From a virus, in the IMG/VR virus record IMGVR_UViG_3300047557_002442, positions 37,220 through 101,219 of that record: DNA of 64,000 bases. One strand, 5' to 3'. Shown in pieces: positions 29,734-42,523 of this stretch (positions are counted from its first letter, which is position 1; each line of letters starts with the position of its first letter). Under the pieces are notes generated by a model. The model was not told the DNA's origin. It ran no database searches and worked only from the letters and a program-made list of their open reading frames with translations. The translations under genes and the position numbers were made by a program.

Positions 29734-32275
29734 AGAGTTATCCCCATGTTAAATTGATATTCCAAACTATACTTAATTCCCTGTGTAATCAGCATGTTCT
29801 AAGCCGCAATCTATGCGGTTGCTAAGCTGCTTGAAAACATGTTTAAAATCGCTAGTTTAGCTTCTGCTTGTTCTGCTTCTGGCATATCCTTTACTGCTTC
29901 ATCTAATGACTCTTGTAATACTATTACTAAGTCCTTAGCTGTTAGGAATTGGCCTTTAGCTTCTATAGCTTCTTCTACTTCAATCAACATGTCTTTCATC
30001 TTGCTCATACTGACTCCCTTGCGATTATTTCATCACATTTGTTTATCAGTTTTTGAATCAAATCCAACAGTTCTTTGTCTTGCATGTTACATCTCCTAAT
30101 CAATTGTAAGACCATTATCGTTGAATTAAATATTTAAGTCAACTATAGTGTTCTTCCTTCTAACACTTTATCGAACAATACACCTAAACGTTCAGCAATC
30201 ACTCTTGCTTCTGGTGTCATAGAAGCTTCTAACTCTGCAGCTTCTCTATCCCATTGTTCTTGTTGAGCTTCTATCTCATCTTGTGTCATCTCTCTCATCA
30301 CCAATGTCTTGTCCATGTCTCTCTCCTTAACCATTAGAGACATTATCGTTGAATTAAATATTTAAGTCAACTATGCTATCCATGTCCACTCATTTTCATT
30401 CGGTCATATGCATCACCTTCAGCACGGTCCTGATAGTTGGACTTAGCATCATCATAGCCTTCATCATACGATTCTTGCGCTAGAGACAATGTCCAGATTC
30501 TGAATTCACCCAAAGTCCACTCTCCTGACTTCACTAGATTGTATGCTTCTTTTGATGTTTTCATGCGTGTCCTACCTTACGTGTGAAACTACTAAATAGT
30601 GGATTCTCAGGCTCGATTCTAGCTAGAGCTGCATAGAACGTGTCGTTCTTCATCCAGCGAACTTTCTTCACTTTCTTCTCTGGATAAACATTGATGGTAA
30701 TACCGTTTTCAACATAACTACGTACAGGCTTCATATTACACTCCACATGCGGTCATGAAACGAGCACGGTCGAAACGCTTGTTCTGTGCCTTGCAGATAC
30801 TAGCTAATTGCTCTGCTAGTCTCTTCGCTTGTTCACGGTCTGTCAAAGCTGCTACTTCTGCTGCCATAATGATGAAATGTTTGCGTGTCATATCTCTCTC
30901 CTAATCAATATGAATACATTATCGTTGATTTAAATATTTAAGTCAACTACACTAGCAATTGATAGAACACTCTAGGAACCGTGTCGTTACGCCTAAAGTA
31001 GTATCAGTTAATAATATTACCTAGAGTGCTCTATCAATCACTAGAATCCGTTACTGCAATAAACCGCTTGATAGATTCATGCATGGTTGTTGCAAGATAA
31101 CGGTCTTCACCATCAAGAGTCTCTGCGTAATTCTGCAGTGCTATGCTAATCCTATTCATATGGCTCTGACTCAGCACTAATGTAAGTCCGTTGTAAGGAC
31201 CATCAATCTGCGTTAGAGTGTATTCCTTCTCGCCACGCATTATGCGGTCTCATCCATAGATACACTATCTACAGTGGTATGCAAGTATACTGGTGTAGCA
31301 CCGTAATCTACCTGACGTAACACAAAGTCGTCCAGGTCTTTACCTTTCAGACTGTCGATATCAAAATCATCAGGAATATCAATAGTTTGCTCGTATTCCA
31401 TGATAGTACTAAACTGAACTTTTAACTGTCTCATCACTCTCTCCTAAGCGAACATTGCACGGCCAGCAGTCATGAACGTACGATAAGCACGCACCTCTTC
31501 TGGCTCAAAATCATCTAAGTTGTCACGCATGTATTCTAGCGTTTCCAACACCCCTGTATCGTGATCAACCGCAATCTCATTGATGATACGAACTGCTTCT
31601 GCTGTAGTCATTGTAGTCATGTCTCTCTCCTTAATCAATATGAATACATTATCGTTGAATTAAATAATTAAGTCAACTATGCTTGAAGTTATTCCAGTAG
31701 TCTGCAATTATCTGGTCAGGAGACAGTGTTTCAGCTATCACTTTGGCATGAATCGCTTTGATTGGCGTATTATCATACTGTGGCATCGAAACAAACCGCT
31801 CCAACACTTCTTGTAAGAAAACTAGCTCATCTTGTGTGAGATTCATGCTTCCTCCAATGACTCTTCATAATAATCAAAGCAATCACGCACTCTACTTGAC
31901 TCAGACGTGTAGATCACATACTTACCAACTTCCATGCGGTATTCAGAGTCTATGTACTCGAAACCACCGTAGTATTGCAATGTACGGTCTTGACTCTTTA
32001 ACACAATCAATGCGTCATCATCAATCCACACAGTACTTGCAGCACGGTAGTCTAGTCCCAATTGCTCAGCATTTACACATGGTAAGTCTCTGATTACTTT
32101 ATGGATTTCATACTCTAAATCAAACACTAATTCTGCTACTTGGCTCATATCTCTCTCCTTAATTAACCATAGAATCATTATCATTGAATTAAATATTTAA
32201 GTCAACTATGATATGTTTAAATCACTACACAATTGTACATGACTGAACTGTACAGAATGTGTAGTAACTTATTGA

Positions 32276-32665
32276 TTATTCATCGAAAGGGTCTGAGTCT
32301 ACTGTCAATGCGCCGAATACGATTCGACCATCGTCATAGCCAGTAGAGAAGGGACGTGTGAACTCCTCGTATGTAGCGAGCTGTTCGATAGTCTCATCAT
32401 CATAGGAATTGTCCTTGATGTCAGACTTTAAGATACAACCTACACTACCAGAGTCAACACAGATACGAGCACCATTGCTAGCGGGATATTCACCATCACC
32501 CCATGCAGTGCTATAGATAGCGAACTTGCGTCCGTCTTTGAGAGTGAACTCACCATCTAATGCACGTTGACCATTGTCTGGATATAGAAGGTCTACAACC
32601 TCGTCCCAAACGTCGTGCATCACATAGCATAAGTCACCAATGTAATATGTTCCAGCATTCATCAT
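32276..32665 (-). CDS. Conserved acidic phage early protein
   Basis: YYIGDLCY, TAWGDG, VDSG motifs. Confidence 0.5.
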   Translation of the reverse strand: MMNAGTYYIGDLCYVMHDVWDEVVDLLYPDNGQRALDGEFTLKDGRKFAIYSTAWGDGEYPASNGARICVDSGSVGCILKSDIKDNSYDDETIEQLATYEEFTRPFSTGYDDGRIVFGALTVDSDPFDE

Positions 32666-34228
32666 AATCTTGTCTCCTAATCAAGATAGCCATAAGGCAA
32701 GTTCAGTAAGTAGCAGAGATAGTCATTATCACCATTCGTACCTTCTGCTTCATGTATCCAACGAATTGCAGTCTCACGCTCAACTGCACCCATCTGAATC
32801 CATGCAGTTACCTGAGCTTCGAAGCGACCCATTGCAAGTCTTTGTGCTTCCTGCTCTTCATCACAACGCTGATTCATCTCACGAATCAAGCCGTCCCACT
32901 GAACCTGCTTCTCTGCAGGAGTCAATGAAGACCAATAGTCATACCCAGTACTACCAGGACGTACACCACGTGCATCCTTGTGTAAATCACTATACAACTC
33001 ATCGCTATATGTAAACATGTCTCTCTCCTTAACCATAGGAACATTATCGTTGAATTAAATAATTAAGTCAACTACAATTACTTCCAATAGAAATCCTCTG
33101 GCTGGTATGCAATCTTTTGATCAGCAATCTCGTTCCAGATTTTACGGCATTCAACCATGTCTAGGGTGCTTGCTAACTCACGGATTTCCTTCAGTTGAGC
33201 CTCACCAGCTTTCCACTTACTATGGTCGTCTGAGTAGCTATAGGTCAAATCGTGATTTAGCACTAATTCGCGAAATTTATCGTAACTCATATGTCTCTCC
33301 TTAATCATTAGAGACATTATCGTTGAATTAAATAATTAAGTCAACTATGATATGACAAAGTGCTCAGTAACATCAACCCACACATTTTCATACTCTCTGT
33401 CGCATGTCTCCTGTGTGCTCTCCATTGCTTCTTCTGCGGATTTTTCGTTGTCATGTACACTCACAATGTCCCAACCATCGCCCCAGTCAGCAGTCACTAT
33501 CCATACGCTTTTAATCACGAGTATCCTCCAGCTTTATGAAGTATTGTACAAGGTCGTCAAGAGGCTTCTTTGCTTCCACAGCATCTGCGGCTTTACGTAA
33601 GCATGTAGCTAAGCCATCTTGGCGGTTATGTGTGAATGTGGTGATGAGCTTGCGATTGATGCAAACTTCATACTTGTTAGGACCCACAGAAGTCGGAACG
33701 TCTGTGATGTTAGATATAATGATACTCATGCACGTAGTCCTGGACCTTTGTAGTAAGCACTGAAGCGATTAGCAAACTGCTTCAAACAGTCTGCACGACG
33801 TGATTGTCTGCAACGTTTGTCTAGTGGATTGGTACGACTACCACGATACCTGATACGATACATGCCAGGAAAGGCTTGACGGAACGCATCCAGGTACTCA
33901 ATCGGTATGTTCTTATACACGGAAGCTTCGCGTTGAATACTACTGTTCCACACGTTGCGCTTAAACGGTCTGAAATTGATAGCCATAATTACTCCGAAAA
34001 TGCTGGTGTTGTGAATAGTTCTGGACGCTCTAACTCTACAAGTCTGATAGTATCACCGTCCTGTGCTACTTGTGCAAACTTAGCTAGTCTAGCACCAATG
34101 TCCTCAAACTCTACGTTCTCATCCGTACCAATCAAACTACCACTCATACCATAATATTCAATGTTAAACATAATCTCTTCTCCTAATCATTATGAATACA
34201 TTATCGTTGAATTAAATAATTAAGTCAA

Positions 34229-34549
34229 CTATGCTGCCAACTTCATGTCTACACGTAGAAACGAGTATGGGTTATAATAGCGAATTGGTGTGCGTTCTAG
34301 GTAAGACTCTTTGTACTCAGGCTTCTTACCAAACACTTCTTCATATGCCTTAAAGAATAGGCCAGCATCACAGTCTTCCTCAAGATATGCAGTGTCACCT
34401 TTGACATATGAGTAAGCACTGATTTTATCAGCAATCTTAAGGAACGCTAACTCCGTCAATCGTACAGCAAACCAACCATGACCTGGATCACTGTGGAAAA
34501 TGTACTTCTTCTTGCTCATGCGATACTTAAAGCCACTATCGAATTTCAT
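34229..34549 (-). CDS. Conserved phage early protein
   Basis: DPGHGW...YLEEDCD motif; lies between promoter repeats. Confidence 0.5.
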   Translation of the reverse strand: MKFDSGFKYRMSKKKYIFHSDPGHGWFAVRLTELAFLKIADKISAYSYVKGDTAYLEEDCDAGLFFKAYEEVFGKKPEYKESYLERTPIRYYNPYSFLRVDMKLAA

Positions 34550-36249
34550 AATCTCTCTCCTAATTAACTATGAATACATTATCGTTGAATTAAATAATTA
34601 AATCAACTACCATTGTAAGTACTAAACACGCGATCAACAGCATCCCGATTGAACCCGCCAATATGCCATTGATACTGACCATGTGGTGTACGACCGTGCT
34701 TATAGTCGTAGATAGTAGCTACTGTACCATCCTCGAATTCTAAGCACCATTCACATGTGACCTTTTCATCATCAAAGTCTGGACCCCAGTCTGGCTGACC
34801 AAACACCTCAACAAGCTCGTTGTATGTGGCACCAATATAGCCTTGCAAATGCGTACCACTTGGGTTTACATTCTTTTTGAAGTTCATACTAACTCCTTGA
34901 TTTGAGTGATACTAACTGAAGAAAAAGGAAAATCCTCACGGAATTCAGCAATAGCTGCTTCCTGTGAGGATGCGGTGTAATAGACATCATCAGTGATGTC
35001 GCAGTGTTCGAAAGTGATTTGATATTTCATAGTTCTCTCCTTAATCATTATGAGAACCATTATCGTTGAATTAAATAATTAAGTCAACTATACTTCATCA
35101 ATCTTAACTAAGAAACAGGTCTTTTCTTTGAATCTCTTGTATACATGCGAGACAAACCCCGTGGGTTCCTTCTCAACCACACGTAGCTTGAACATGAGCC
35201 TGTCATATTGTACTACAGCTAATGCACACAGTGCAAACGCTACCATAACTGCGATTACACCAAAGAAAGCCTGTGTAATGAATGTGATAGGAATACTATA
35301 GATAAACCATCTTGCAATCTCATATAGCACTGCTAGACCGTAGCCTATAGCAGAGACTATAAGAATCCACGTAAACAGTAGGCTGATCAAACCTCTGAAC
35401 ACATACTTACAGTATGTACAGAAGTCATATTGGTCTCGCCACAAACGGGTAGCTCCGTAGTTAGCAAGTTTATAGTGCCAATCAGTTGTTTTTACGTTCA
35501 TACTAATCCTCCAGATTTAGTGAAGCCTATCGTCGATTCGTTAGGATTACCTTCACCATGCTTCTCAACCCACGCTTCTACAGCTTTCCTAGCGTGCTCA
35601 CTTGTCATGTATGTACCAAGGTTCTTGCTCTCCACCCACTGCTCTTGTGGATAGTACACGAACGCTGTAGCTTTGCTACTAATGACAGAGTCTTTGATAC
35701 AACCTACTACAAGACCAGTCTCTTCATTGTAGTACTCTCGTTCTCTGTAGTAGGTGTCACCACTCCACTTATACGTAGGCGTAACCTTTTTCACTGATAA
35801 GCTCCTCTGCATACATCATGTCTTTGACATCAGCCTCAGACAAGTAACCTAAACACATCCGAATGACATAATCTTTATCAATCAGACCTTCATCAACCAT
35901 ATCCAACAACTTGCATGTATACTCACGTGCGCCCGCCACAACTCTCTCCTTAATCAATTGAAATAACATTATCGTTGAATTAAATAATTAAGTCAACTAT
36001 AGTCCTACTTCAAACCAATCGACAGGAGTTCTTTTAGGTACTTGCTTTTCAATGTACTTGTTTGCTTCAGCAATAGTCTTGAATTCAATCACATTGTAAC
36101 TATTATCACGAAGTGGTCGGTACTCCATATCAACCGTTATGCCAAACAACTTCTCGAACCAGTTGTATTCGTATACGTAATAGTATTCAAGTTCGTAGTG
36201 AGGACCTTCATCAATACAATCTACGTGAACAACTCTGTACTTGATAGTC

Positions 36250-36768
36250 TTACACGTCGCCATCTTCTTCCTCTTCTATATCTGCTAACATTTCATCAAT
36301 GTTCCAGTATTCACGCATATCGTCAGGAGCTTGAGCCAACTCATCATAAAACTCATCACCTTCTGCAGTTGTATAGAGGCCAACGAATCCCATACCAGGT
36401 TCGAAGTAGCTCAATTGTACTTCGAAACCAAGAGCTTCCAACTTATACATTAACTCAATCGGAGGTGACCATGCAGTATCAAAAGAAACGAACAAATCGT
36501 TTTCACTCAGTAATTGTACGTCGCCACCAAAGTCCCACTTCGTACCCCACTCACCTACACTGAATGCATACCAGTTTGAGTAACCATACTTCTCAACAAG
36601 CGCATCATCACCGTCTGTTAGAAATGAAGCTTCTGTACCTTGCAACTCCTCAGGAATTGGACAGAACTCGCTAGCGAACTTATCGTTCTCAAACGCTTCT
36701 GAAGCACGTTTGATCATTGCTGGGTCTTTGTGATGTAAAGATAGTGTATTATTGCACCAATTTGGCAT
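36250..36768 (-). CDS. DUF1281/YubB-like ferredoxin-fold protein
   Basis: MPNWCNN, WGTKW, FDTAWSPP. Confidence 0.7.
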   Translation of the reverse strand: MPNWCNNTLSLHHKDPAMIKRASEAFENDKFASEFCPIPEELQGTEASFLTDGDDALVEKYGYSNWYAFSVGEWGTKWDFGGDVQLLSENDLFVSFDTAWSPPIELMYKLEALGFEVQLSYFEPGMGFVGLYTTAEGDEFYDELAQAPDDMREYWNIDEMLADIEEEEDGDV

Positions 36769-37304
36769 GATGTTGACCTCCTAATCAATTTAAAGTATAT
36801 TCATTATCATGAAAATGTAAAATTAAGTCAACACCAGACTAACAAATCCTAAGATAACAATCATGACTATCAATACCACGAATCCACCAACATCATTTTC
36901 ATCTTTCCGACTATCCTCAAAGTAGTTGCGAGGTAGAAAGTATCCATTCATATCAACACCACGAGCGTCGCGTGCAAACTTGTAATTGTGATCGCTATAT
37001 GGATTATACGTGCTTTCCCACGTTGTATGAGCTTTACTATCAGGTTTAAACTTATACATCTTCACTCCTATCAATGATTGCGTTTCGCCACCAGTGTTCA
37101 CGCAATGGCTTAAATGTATCTAAAAAGAGTTGAAACTTATCTTTATCAGTAAAGTCACAATGTCTTAATAGACCTTCATGTGTTATGGTGAAACAGTTCT
37201 CGTACTTTTCTTTCCACCAACCTGTCATACGATAAAATTCGCCATTGGTCATGCCTTGAACCATTCCACCACCACCTGTAAGTATTCTGAATGTAACTCT
37301 CATA

Positions 37305-38186
37305 CTAACCGTTACACAACATATACTTCGCAAGAGATAACCAGTCGCGAGTTTGAGCCTTACGAATCTTAGTTACCATAATCAAAGTACGCAATGACAA
37401 CTCTTTAGCTTCATAACGATTGTCTTTGATTAGCTTCAATGCATCTTGCTTAACATGGGTATCCACATCAGGCATGAACGAGTCGCTGCTAGCGATAGTT
37501 TCCATGCGCTCAATCTTTTGGTCAGGAGTCATAGAGAGATCAACGCACATAGAACGTGTACGCAAAGCCTGATCGATCTTGCTCATGCTGATGTTGGATA
37601 TAAAGATTACACCACCTGTAAACGTAAACAAACGAGGTAAGTCATCTGTACGTGAAGTATTCCAAGTGATAGTACGTTTATCATACGAATCTAATGCACC
37701 CTTCAATAGGTTAAGTGCATCAGGGTCTTTCAAGATACTGTCGCAGTCATCAAACACCAAGATAGAGTTACGGTTCTCAAACAGAATACGGAACAAACCT
37801 TTTGCTGTCGAGAAGCCTTTGATAATACGATATGTGTTCTTAGGACTTACTTCATCTACTGGAGTTTCAGTAATGTCACGTAAGCCAGCAGCTTTCAATG
37901 CTGATGTAACAGAGTAGGACTTACCTAAACCACCCTCACCTGTAATCACAGCAGAAGGTGTCTGACCCTTAGCTACCATGGTAACTAACTGATTCACAAA
38001 GGCAAATCGATCATTGATATCGAACTCATTAGCTACTGTAGGAGCTTCCTCAGTAACTAACTCATCAACATACTGCTTACACTTACGTTGTACATACTGC
38101 TTAGAAATAGAACGAACGACTTCTACATCATTGACATAGCCAATGAAGCCATTCTTATCACCTGTAATAACAATTTTTGGACTCAT
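37305..38186 (-). CDS. AAA+ ATPase
   Basis: Walker A GEGGLGKS, Walker B LVFDDCD, sensor ISN, Arg finger. Confidence 0.85.
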   Translation of the reverse strand: MSPKIVITGDKNGFIGYVNDVEVVRSISKQYVQRKCKQYVDELVTEEAPTVANEFDINDRFAFVNQLVTMVAKGQTPSAVITGEGGLGKSYSVTSALKAAGLRDITETPVDEVSPKNTYRIIKGFSTAKGLFRILFENRNSILVFDDCDSILKDPDALNLLKGALDSYDKRTITWNTSRTDDLPRLFTFTGGVIFISNISMSKIDQALRTRSMCVDLSMTPDQKIERMETIASSDSFMPDVDTHVKQDALKLIKDNRYEAKELSLRTLIMVTKIRKAQTRDWLSLAKYMLCNG

Positions 38187-38231
38187 ATATTTTCTCCTGA
38201 CCTATGAGTACATTATCAACAAAAAGAATAA

Positions 38232-38603
38232 TTAAGTCAACAACGATTGAATATGCTTACAATTACCGCCTCTAAACTGGAATGCACTGCAAGTACACTT
38301 GTTATTGCCAGTAGGAGTGATAGTTACTTGATACACTGCACCCTTACTGCCATTCACAGTATACACTTTTGGTGCGGGTTGGCTCTTGAAAGAGTATGGC
38401 TTACCATCTACCTCTATGACCTTGGATAGTGGTATCACATGTACTTTCGTGTATGGATTAGTTCCTGCAAGTCTAATAGTGTTAGCATTGTCGTAACTCT
38501 CTGATTTTAGTACTTTACTTTCGTATACCACAGGATCCGCACTATAGAGCGTACGGTGAGTGTTCTGTACCTTCACACTAACTGTAGAACCTACTTTGAA
38601 CAT
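38232..38603 (-). CDS. SWIM zinc-finger protein
   Basis: CTC....FR...CKH. Confidence 0.75.
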   Translation of the reverse strand: MFKVGSTVSVKVQNTHRTLYSADPVVYESKVLKSESYDNANTIRLAGTNPYTKVHVIPLSKVIEVDGKPYSFKSQPAPKVYTVNGSKGAVYQVTITPTGNNKCTCSAFQFRGGNCKHIQSLLT

Positions 38604-40102
38604 ACTAGGCCTCTAACCCATTGATTTCTTTGGATAATGTGTTGAGTAACACATGGATTGCAGTCATTACTGCACATGGATTGTCGCTTGCGTTAGCGAC
38701 TGCTGATGCGTAGGTATATGCTTCACCCAATGAATCACGGTCTGCATACAAACCTACGTAGATTGCTTTTGATAATTCTTGCTTTGTCATAATGGTCTCC
38801 TAATTAACTATGAGTCCATTATCTGGGAATTAAATAATTAAGTCAACCGGGATCGAAATTGTTTGTAAATCTACACTAAAAGTTGCTATTTAAGAGGTTT
38901 TTTAAACTGCTCTTCTAACTCTGCATCACACTGCAGATCTTTTGTACATCTGTAGAGGTGCCCAGTCTGTGTGTTCATCACAATGACGTCACTAGTGTTA
39001 GGGTCAATGTTGAACGTGTAGAGACTGTTGTGTCTAAACTCAGGTGCTGCAGTTTGATAACCCATCAAGGCAGCTGTGATTGCTGCTAGTAGAATGTCAA
39101 TGATTGTTTTCCTTCAATGCTTGCTCATAGTAGTGAACTCTTTTTAATATTTCACTCTGTTTTTCGTGCATATCTATTACTGATTTTTCACATTGATAAA
39201 ATAAGTATCCAAGATATATGAACATAACGAGGTAAATTAAAAGTTCAACCATAATTTTTTTCCTTCAATGTTTTTTCATTAGCACGAGCAAAGTCAATTA
39301 CCCAATTATCAGAATCTGTTTTATCGTGATTTTCCCATATCTCTTCATCACTCAATGATTGCCATGTAGCAGGAATTGGAAATTTTTTGTTAGTTTCTAA
39401 ACATTGGTTATATCCCATTTCCCAATATTCATTTAACAATTCTTGATTAGGATGGGTGTAGAGTGGGATAGGTTCTGAACCTTTAGGTAATTGCTTTTTG
39501 GTTTCTGCAATGGCAGTAAAACTACCCATCTTTGACATCCACGCTACAGGCCCTTGCTTCTCTGCTTCTGCTAGTGCTTCTTTGCATTTAGCCAATGCAT
39601 CTTTTCCAGCATTCCATTTACCACCTTTAGTCCATTTCTCTATCTTCATACAGGCATTATCCAACGCTTCAATCGCCATCTTTAATGCTTCAATCTGTTT
39701 GTTCATGCTCGTATGCGCCTGTTAGTAATCCTATTGCATAAAGATAAATTGTTATTTCTGTAACGAGTGATGGAAACGTGAACCAATCCTGTATATTACA
39801 TTTTTCAATTAACCAATATGAACCTAGCCACACATTCGTGACAAATAGACTGAGTCCTACAAACTTTTGATTTTCAATATACCAGTTAGGCAACATTATC
39901 ACTCTCTGTATTCAAAGGTTGACCGGTCACTGGATCAAACTTCCATGTTTTTGATTCCCTCAACGATCTCTCAAAGAGACCTTTGATTTGACTTAGTAAT
40001 TTCTTTTCCACATCATGTAATCGCTCAATCTCTTGGGATTGCCATTGGATATAATCGCCTTGTGTTTTAACATCGCTTAAATTCATGTTGATTCCTTTCT
40101 GT

Positions 40103-40576
40103 TTATTCATAATCACCCATCTCTACAGACAGCCGTATCAACTTGTCTAATGCTTCTTCTCTTAAGTATGCTTCTTTGATTGCAATAGCATCCTCTAGTG
40201 CATTGTGAGGAATTGCTGACTCGTATGGTGGTAGTCTACGACAGACTTCCATTGTGAATCGTGTTGCAATGTTCATCATGTTACCTGGACTTGTATGTAA
40301 GACATCACAGAAGTACTTAATGTCATCAGGCCAGTCAGCAATCAAATGTATACTCTTATAATCTTTCAAGTATTCCCAAAGACGTTCATGAAACTCGTGT
40401 AATGGAATTGGTGCTTTGTGAAGGATAGGAAGTACATTCTTTACAACCCATGGGTCACACTCTAAAGGTTTAAACTCCAGCACTTCATAAAAGACTTTGT
40501 CATTCTCATCAATGATTGCCATTGAGATTAGATCACCTTTGAAATTCGTAAACTCTGTATCAATCCATAGTTTCAT
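40103..40576 (-). CDS. DEDDh 3'-5' exoribonuclease
   Basis: IDTEF, D, HNALEDA. Confidence 0.8.
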   Translation of the reverse strand: MKLWIDTEFTNFKGDLISMAIIDENDKVFYEVLEFKPLECDPWVVKNVLPILHKAPIPLHEFHERLWEYLKDYKSIHLIADWPDDIKYFCDVLHTSPGNMMNIATRFTMEVCRRLPPYESAIPHNALEDAIAIKEAYLREEALDKLIRLSVEMGDYE

Positions 40577-41209
40577 TTAAGTCCACAATCCTCTATAATA
40601 TTTTCCAAACAACATCAAACCATTCTCTATTGCTTTGTCATGTTTCTTGAGACCGTCCCAATCAACAACCGACTCTCTTTTCCATCTTACTGGAATCAAT
40701 CCGTTCTCATCAGCTTCACGATTGTCCCAATCTATCTCACCATACTCATGCCAGTAAGGTTCTTCATAGTTGTCATGAGTGAGTTGTTCAAATGCCCAAA
40801 TCATCTCATCCATAATCCAGTTCCAACGTTCGTGATTGTATGAACCTGTTTCGTTGTAGGTGTGGTTATCAGTCTCTGTTTGGAATCTAAAGTACCAAGG
40901 TCCGTCAGCATGATCAGTCCAAGGACAACCCATCTTCTGTTGTTTGACCTGTTTCAACATAGCAAGTATGATGGGACTCAAAGTACTATCCATAGACCAC
41001 GTATCATAGTAGTCGATCTTAACATAGTCAATCTTTGGATGTACTTTATCTAAGAACCACTGAATAGCTATCATGATAGGCTTTAGTACTGTATGTAGTC
41101 CTATCACCCAAGGTTCGGAGTAATCAATCTCACGCCAGAAACAAATCTTTTCAGCTATTGTGTATGGTGACAGCCAATGGTCACGATATCCGCTTTTGTA
41201 TATTTTCAT
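40577..41209 (-). CDS. Conserved T4-like phage protein
   Basis: DTWSMD.TL, W.WIMDEMIWAF, LFGKYY.GLW. Confidence 0.55.
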   Translation of the reverse strand: MKIYKSGYRDHWLSPYTIAEKICFWREIDYSEPWVIGLHTVLKPIMIAIQWFLDKVHPKIDYVKIDYYDTWSMDSTLSPIILAMLKQVKQQKMGCPWTDHADGPWYFRFQTETDNHTYNETGSYNHERWNWIMDEMIWAFEQLTHDNYEEPYWHEYGEIDWDNREADENGLIPVRWKRESVVDWDGLKKHDKAIENGLMLFGKYYRGLWT

Positions 41210-41920
41210 GTTACTTCCTCACACATGTCCAACGAGCTCTTCTACCAGTCAGCTCATACATCTTTGCACCAGCAACTTCACAACTCTCACGACCATCAAA
41301 CTCTTGCATTACGAGTGTCTGGTGTGTATCACCAGCATAAAGTTGTATGTATACCATTAAAACCCAAATAGTCATTACACATCCTCCAACACTTTTAATT
41401 GTTTACTAAACCACCACATGCCTATGTACGCTAACCAGTCAATTGCATCATCTTTTGTATCGAAGAATGGTGACATTGGGTCATCAGCAGAACCACCTTC
41501 TTTAATCCAGACCCATCCATCATCATACTCATCATAGATTAAATTCAACTTGTACTCCATTTGACCCCTAATGCTTTCATCATTATTCTACGTATGATGT
41601 TAGGTTTCTTTTGAACTTTCAGAATGATGTTCTCAGGTTCGATATTGATAGTCACGTTGGTCCAGCTCAGGTTTGAAGCCGTTGTGATACCAGTACCATC
41701 TGATACAAGTATTCTGCCATCTAAAAAGTCTTCGTTTGTAAGCACACGTTTATGACAACGTTCGTAGTCTAAGTCTAATGGAATTTGCTCTACTAGTGGC
41801 CAAAAGAAATCAATTCTTAGTTGTTCCATACAATCTCCTTCACATCAATCATTATCCATAAAAGTATTAAATAAGTCAACATAAGTAATAGTATAGAAAC
41901 ACTTTGGAATAACTTTTACT

Positions 41921-42523
41921 ATGAAATGTATCTTTTTAGTAACACACAAACTAAACAAGACTAAGACAGTCTCTGTTACGAATGGTGAAAAGGATATATT
42001 CGCTCTCTATTCACCTCGTGAAAATCTAATCGAGCTTCTTGAAAAGGTCGATGACAACTTACTTGACTATAGACTAGACTTCTGGAAAGAACAACACGTT
42101 CCTAAGTTTATTGTCAAGCCAACTCCTGAACCAAAACCACCTAAGAAAAAGAAACGTAAGAAGTATAGACTCTCTGCTAAAGGTCGTAAGGAACGTAGCA
42201 AACGAATGAAACTTAACAATCCTAACAAGGATGGTTGGAGACCTAGTCAACGTGAAAAAATGTCTGAACGAATGAAGGGCAATCAGTATGCCAAAGGTAA
42301 GACTCGTGACGAGGAAACAAGGAAGTGGTATTCGTACTTACGTAGCCTTCAAAAACCTAATCTAGGTAAGAAGTGGATTCACAATCCTTATACAAAAGAA
42401 GAACGATTCCTAGACCCAGGTCAGCCTATGCCACCAGACTTCCGCTATGGTAGAAACCCAGAGTTTATGGAAGAACTTATGATGCAGAAACTAGCGAAGC
42501 AGAATTACAAAGGTGGATGGTAA
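41921..42523 (+). CDS. Basic NUMOD3-like DNA-binding protein (homing-endonuclease related)
   Basis: REKMSERMKGN..AKGK.R.EET repeats, GKKWIHN; counter-oriented to its neighbours. Confidence 0.55.
   Translation: MKCIFLVTHKLNKTKTVSVTNGEKDIFALYSPRENLIELLEKVDDNLLDYRLDFWKEQHVPKFIVKPTPEPKPPKKKKRKKYRLSAKGRKERSKRMKLNNPNKDGWRPSQREKMSERMKGNQYAKGKTRDEETRKWYSYLRSLQKPNLGKKWIHNPYTKEERFLDPGQPMPPDFRYGRNPEFMEELMMQKLAKQNYKGGW

Larger units (their letters stand above)
28598..38847 (-). repeat. Array of near-identical early promoter/RBS elements separating small genes
   Basis: Minus-strand consensus GTTGACTTAATTATTTAATTCAACGATAAT at 30114, 30342, 30918, 31648, 32177, 33043, 33316, 34200, 34578, 35059, 35968 (30 bp each); variants at 28598, 29455, 36803, 38212, 38818 and further out at 41851, 42882, 44739, 45428, 48031. 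Confidence 0.92.

Noticed and set aside
30143-33317. Shared N-terminal peptide MSLM.KERDM in ORF-track proteins
   Set aside because: Artefact of ORFs extended into the promoter/RBS repeat; true starts are the ATG after AGGAGAGAGAC
30114-35997. 30-bp repeats as a CRISPR array
   Set aside because: Spacers are 200-900 bp and protein-coding, the repeat is a -35/-10 promoter, and no cas genes are present
30114-35997. Repeats as integron attC sites
   Set aside because: GTT and AAC cores are in the opposite order to attC, the element is too short, and no integrase is in the window
1002-41371. Plus-strand ORFs antisense to annotated genes
   Set aside because: Antisense shadows of well-supported minus-strand CDS with no recognisable motifs
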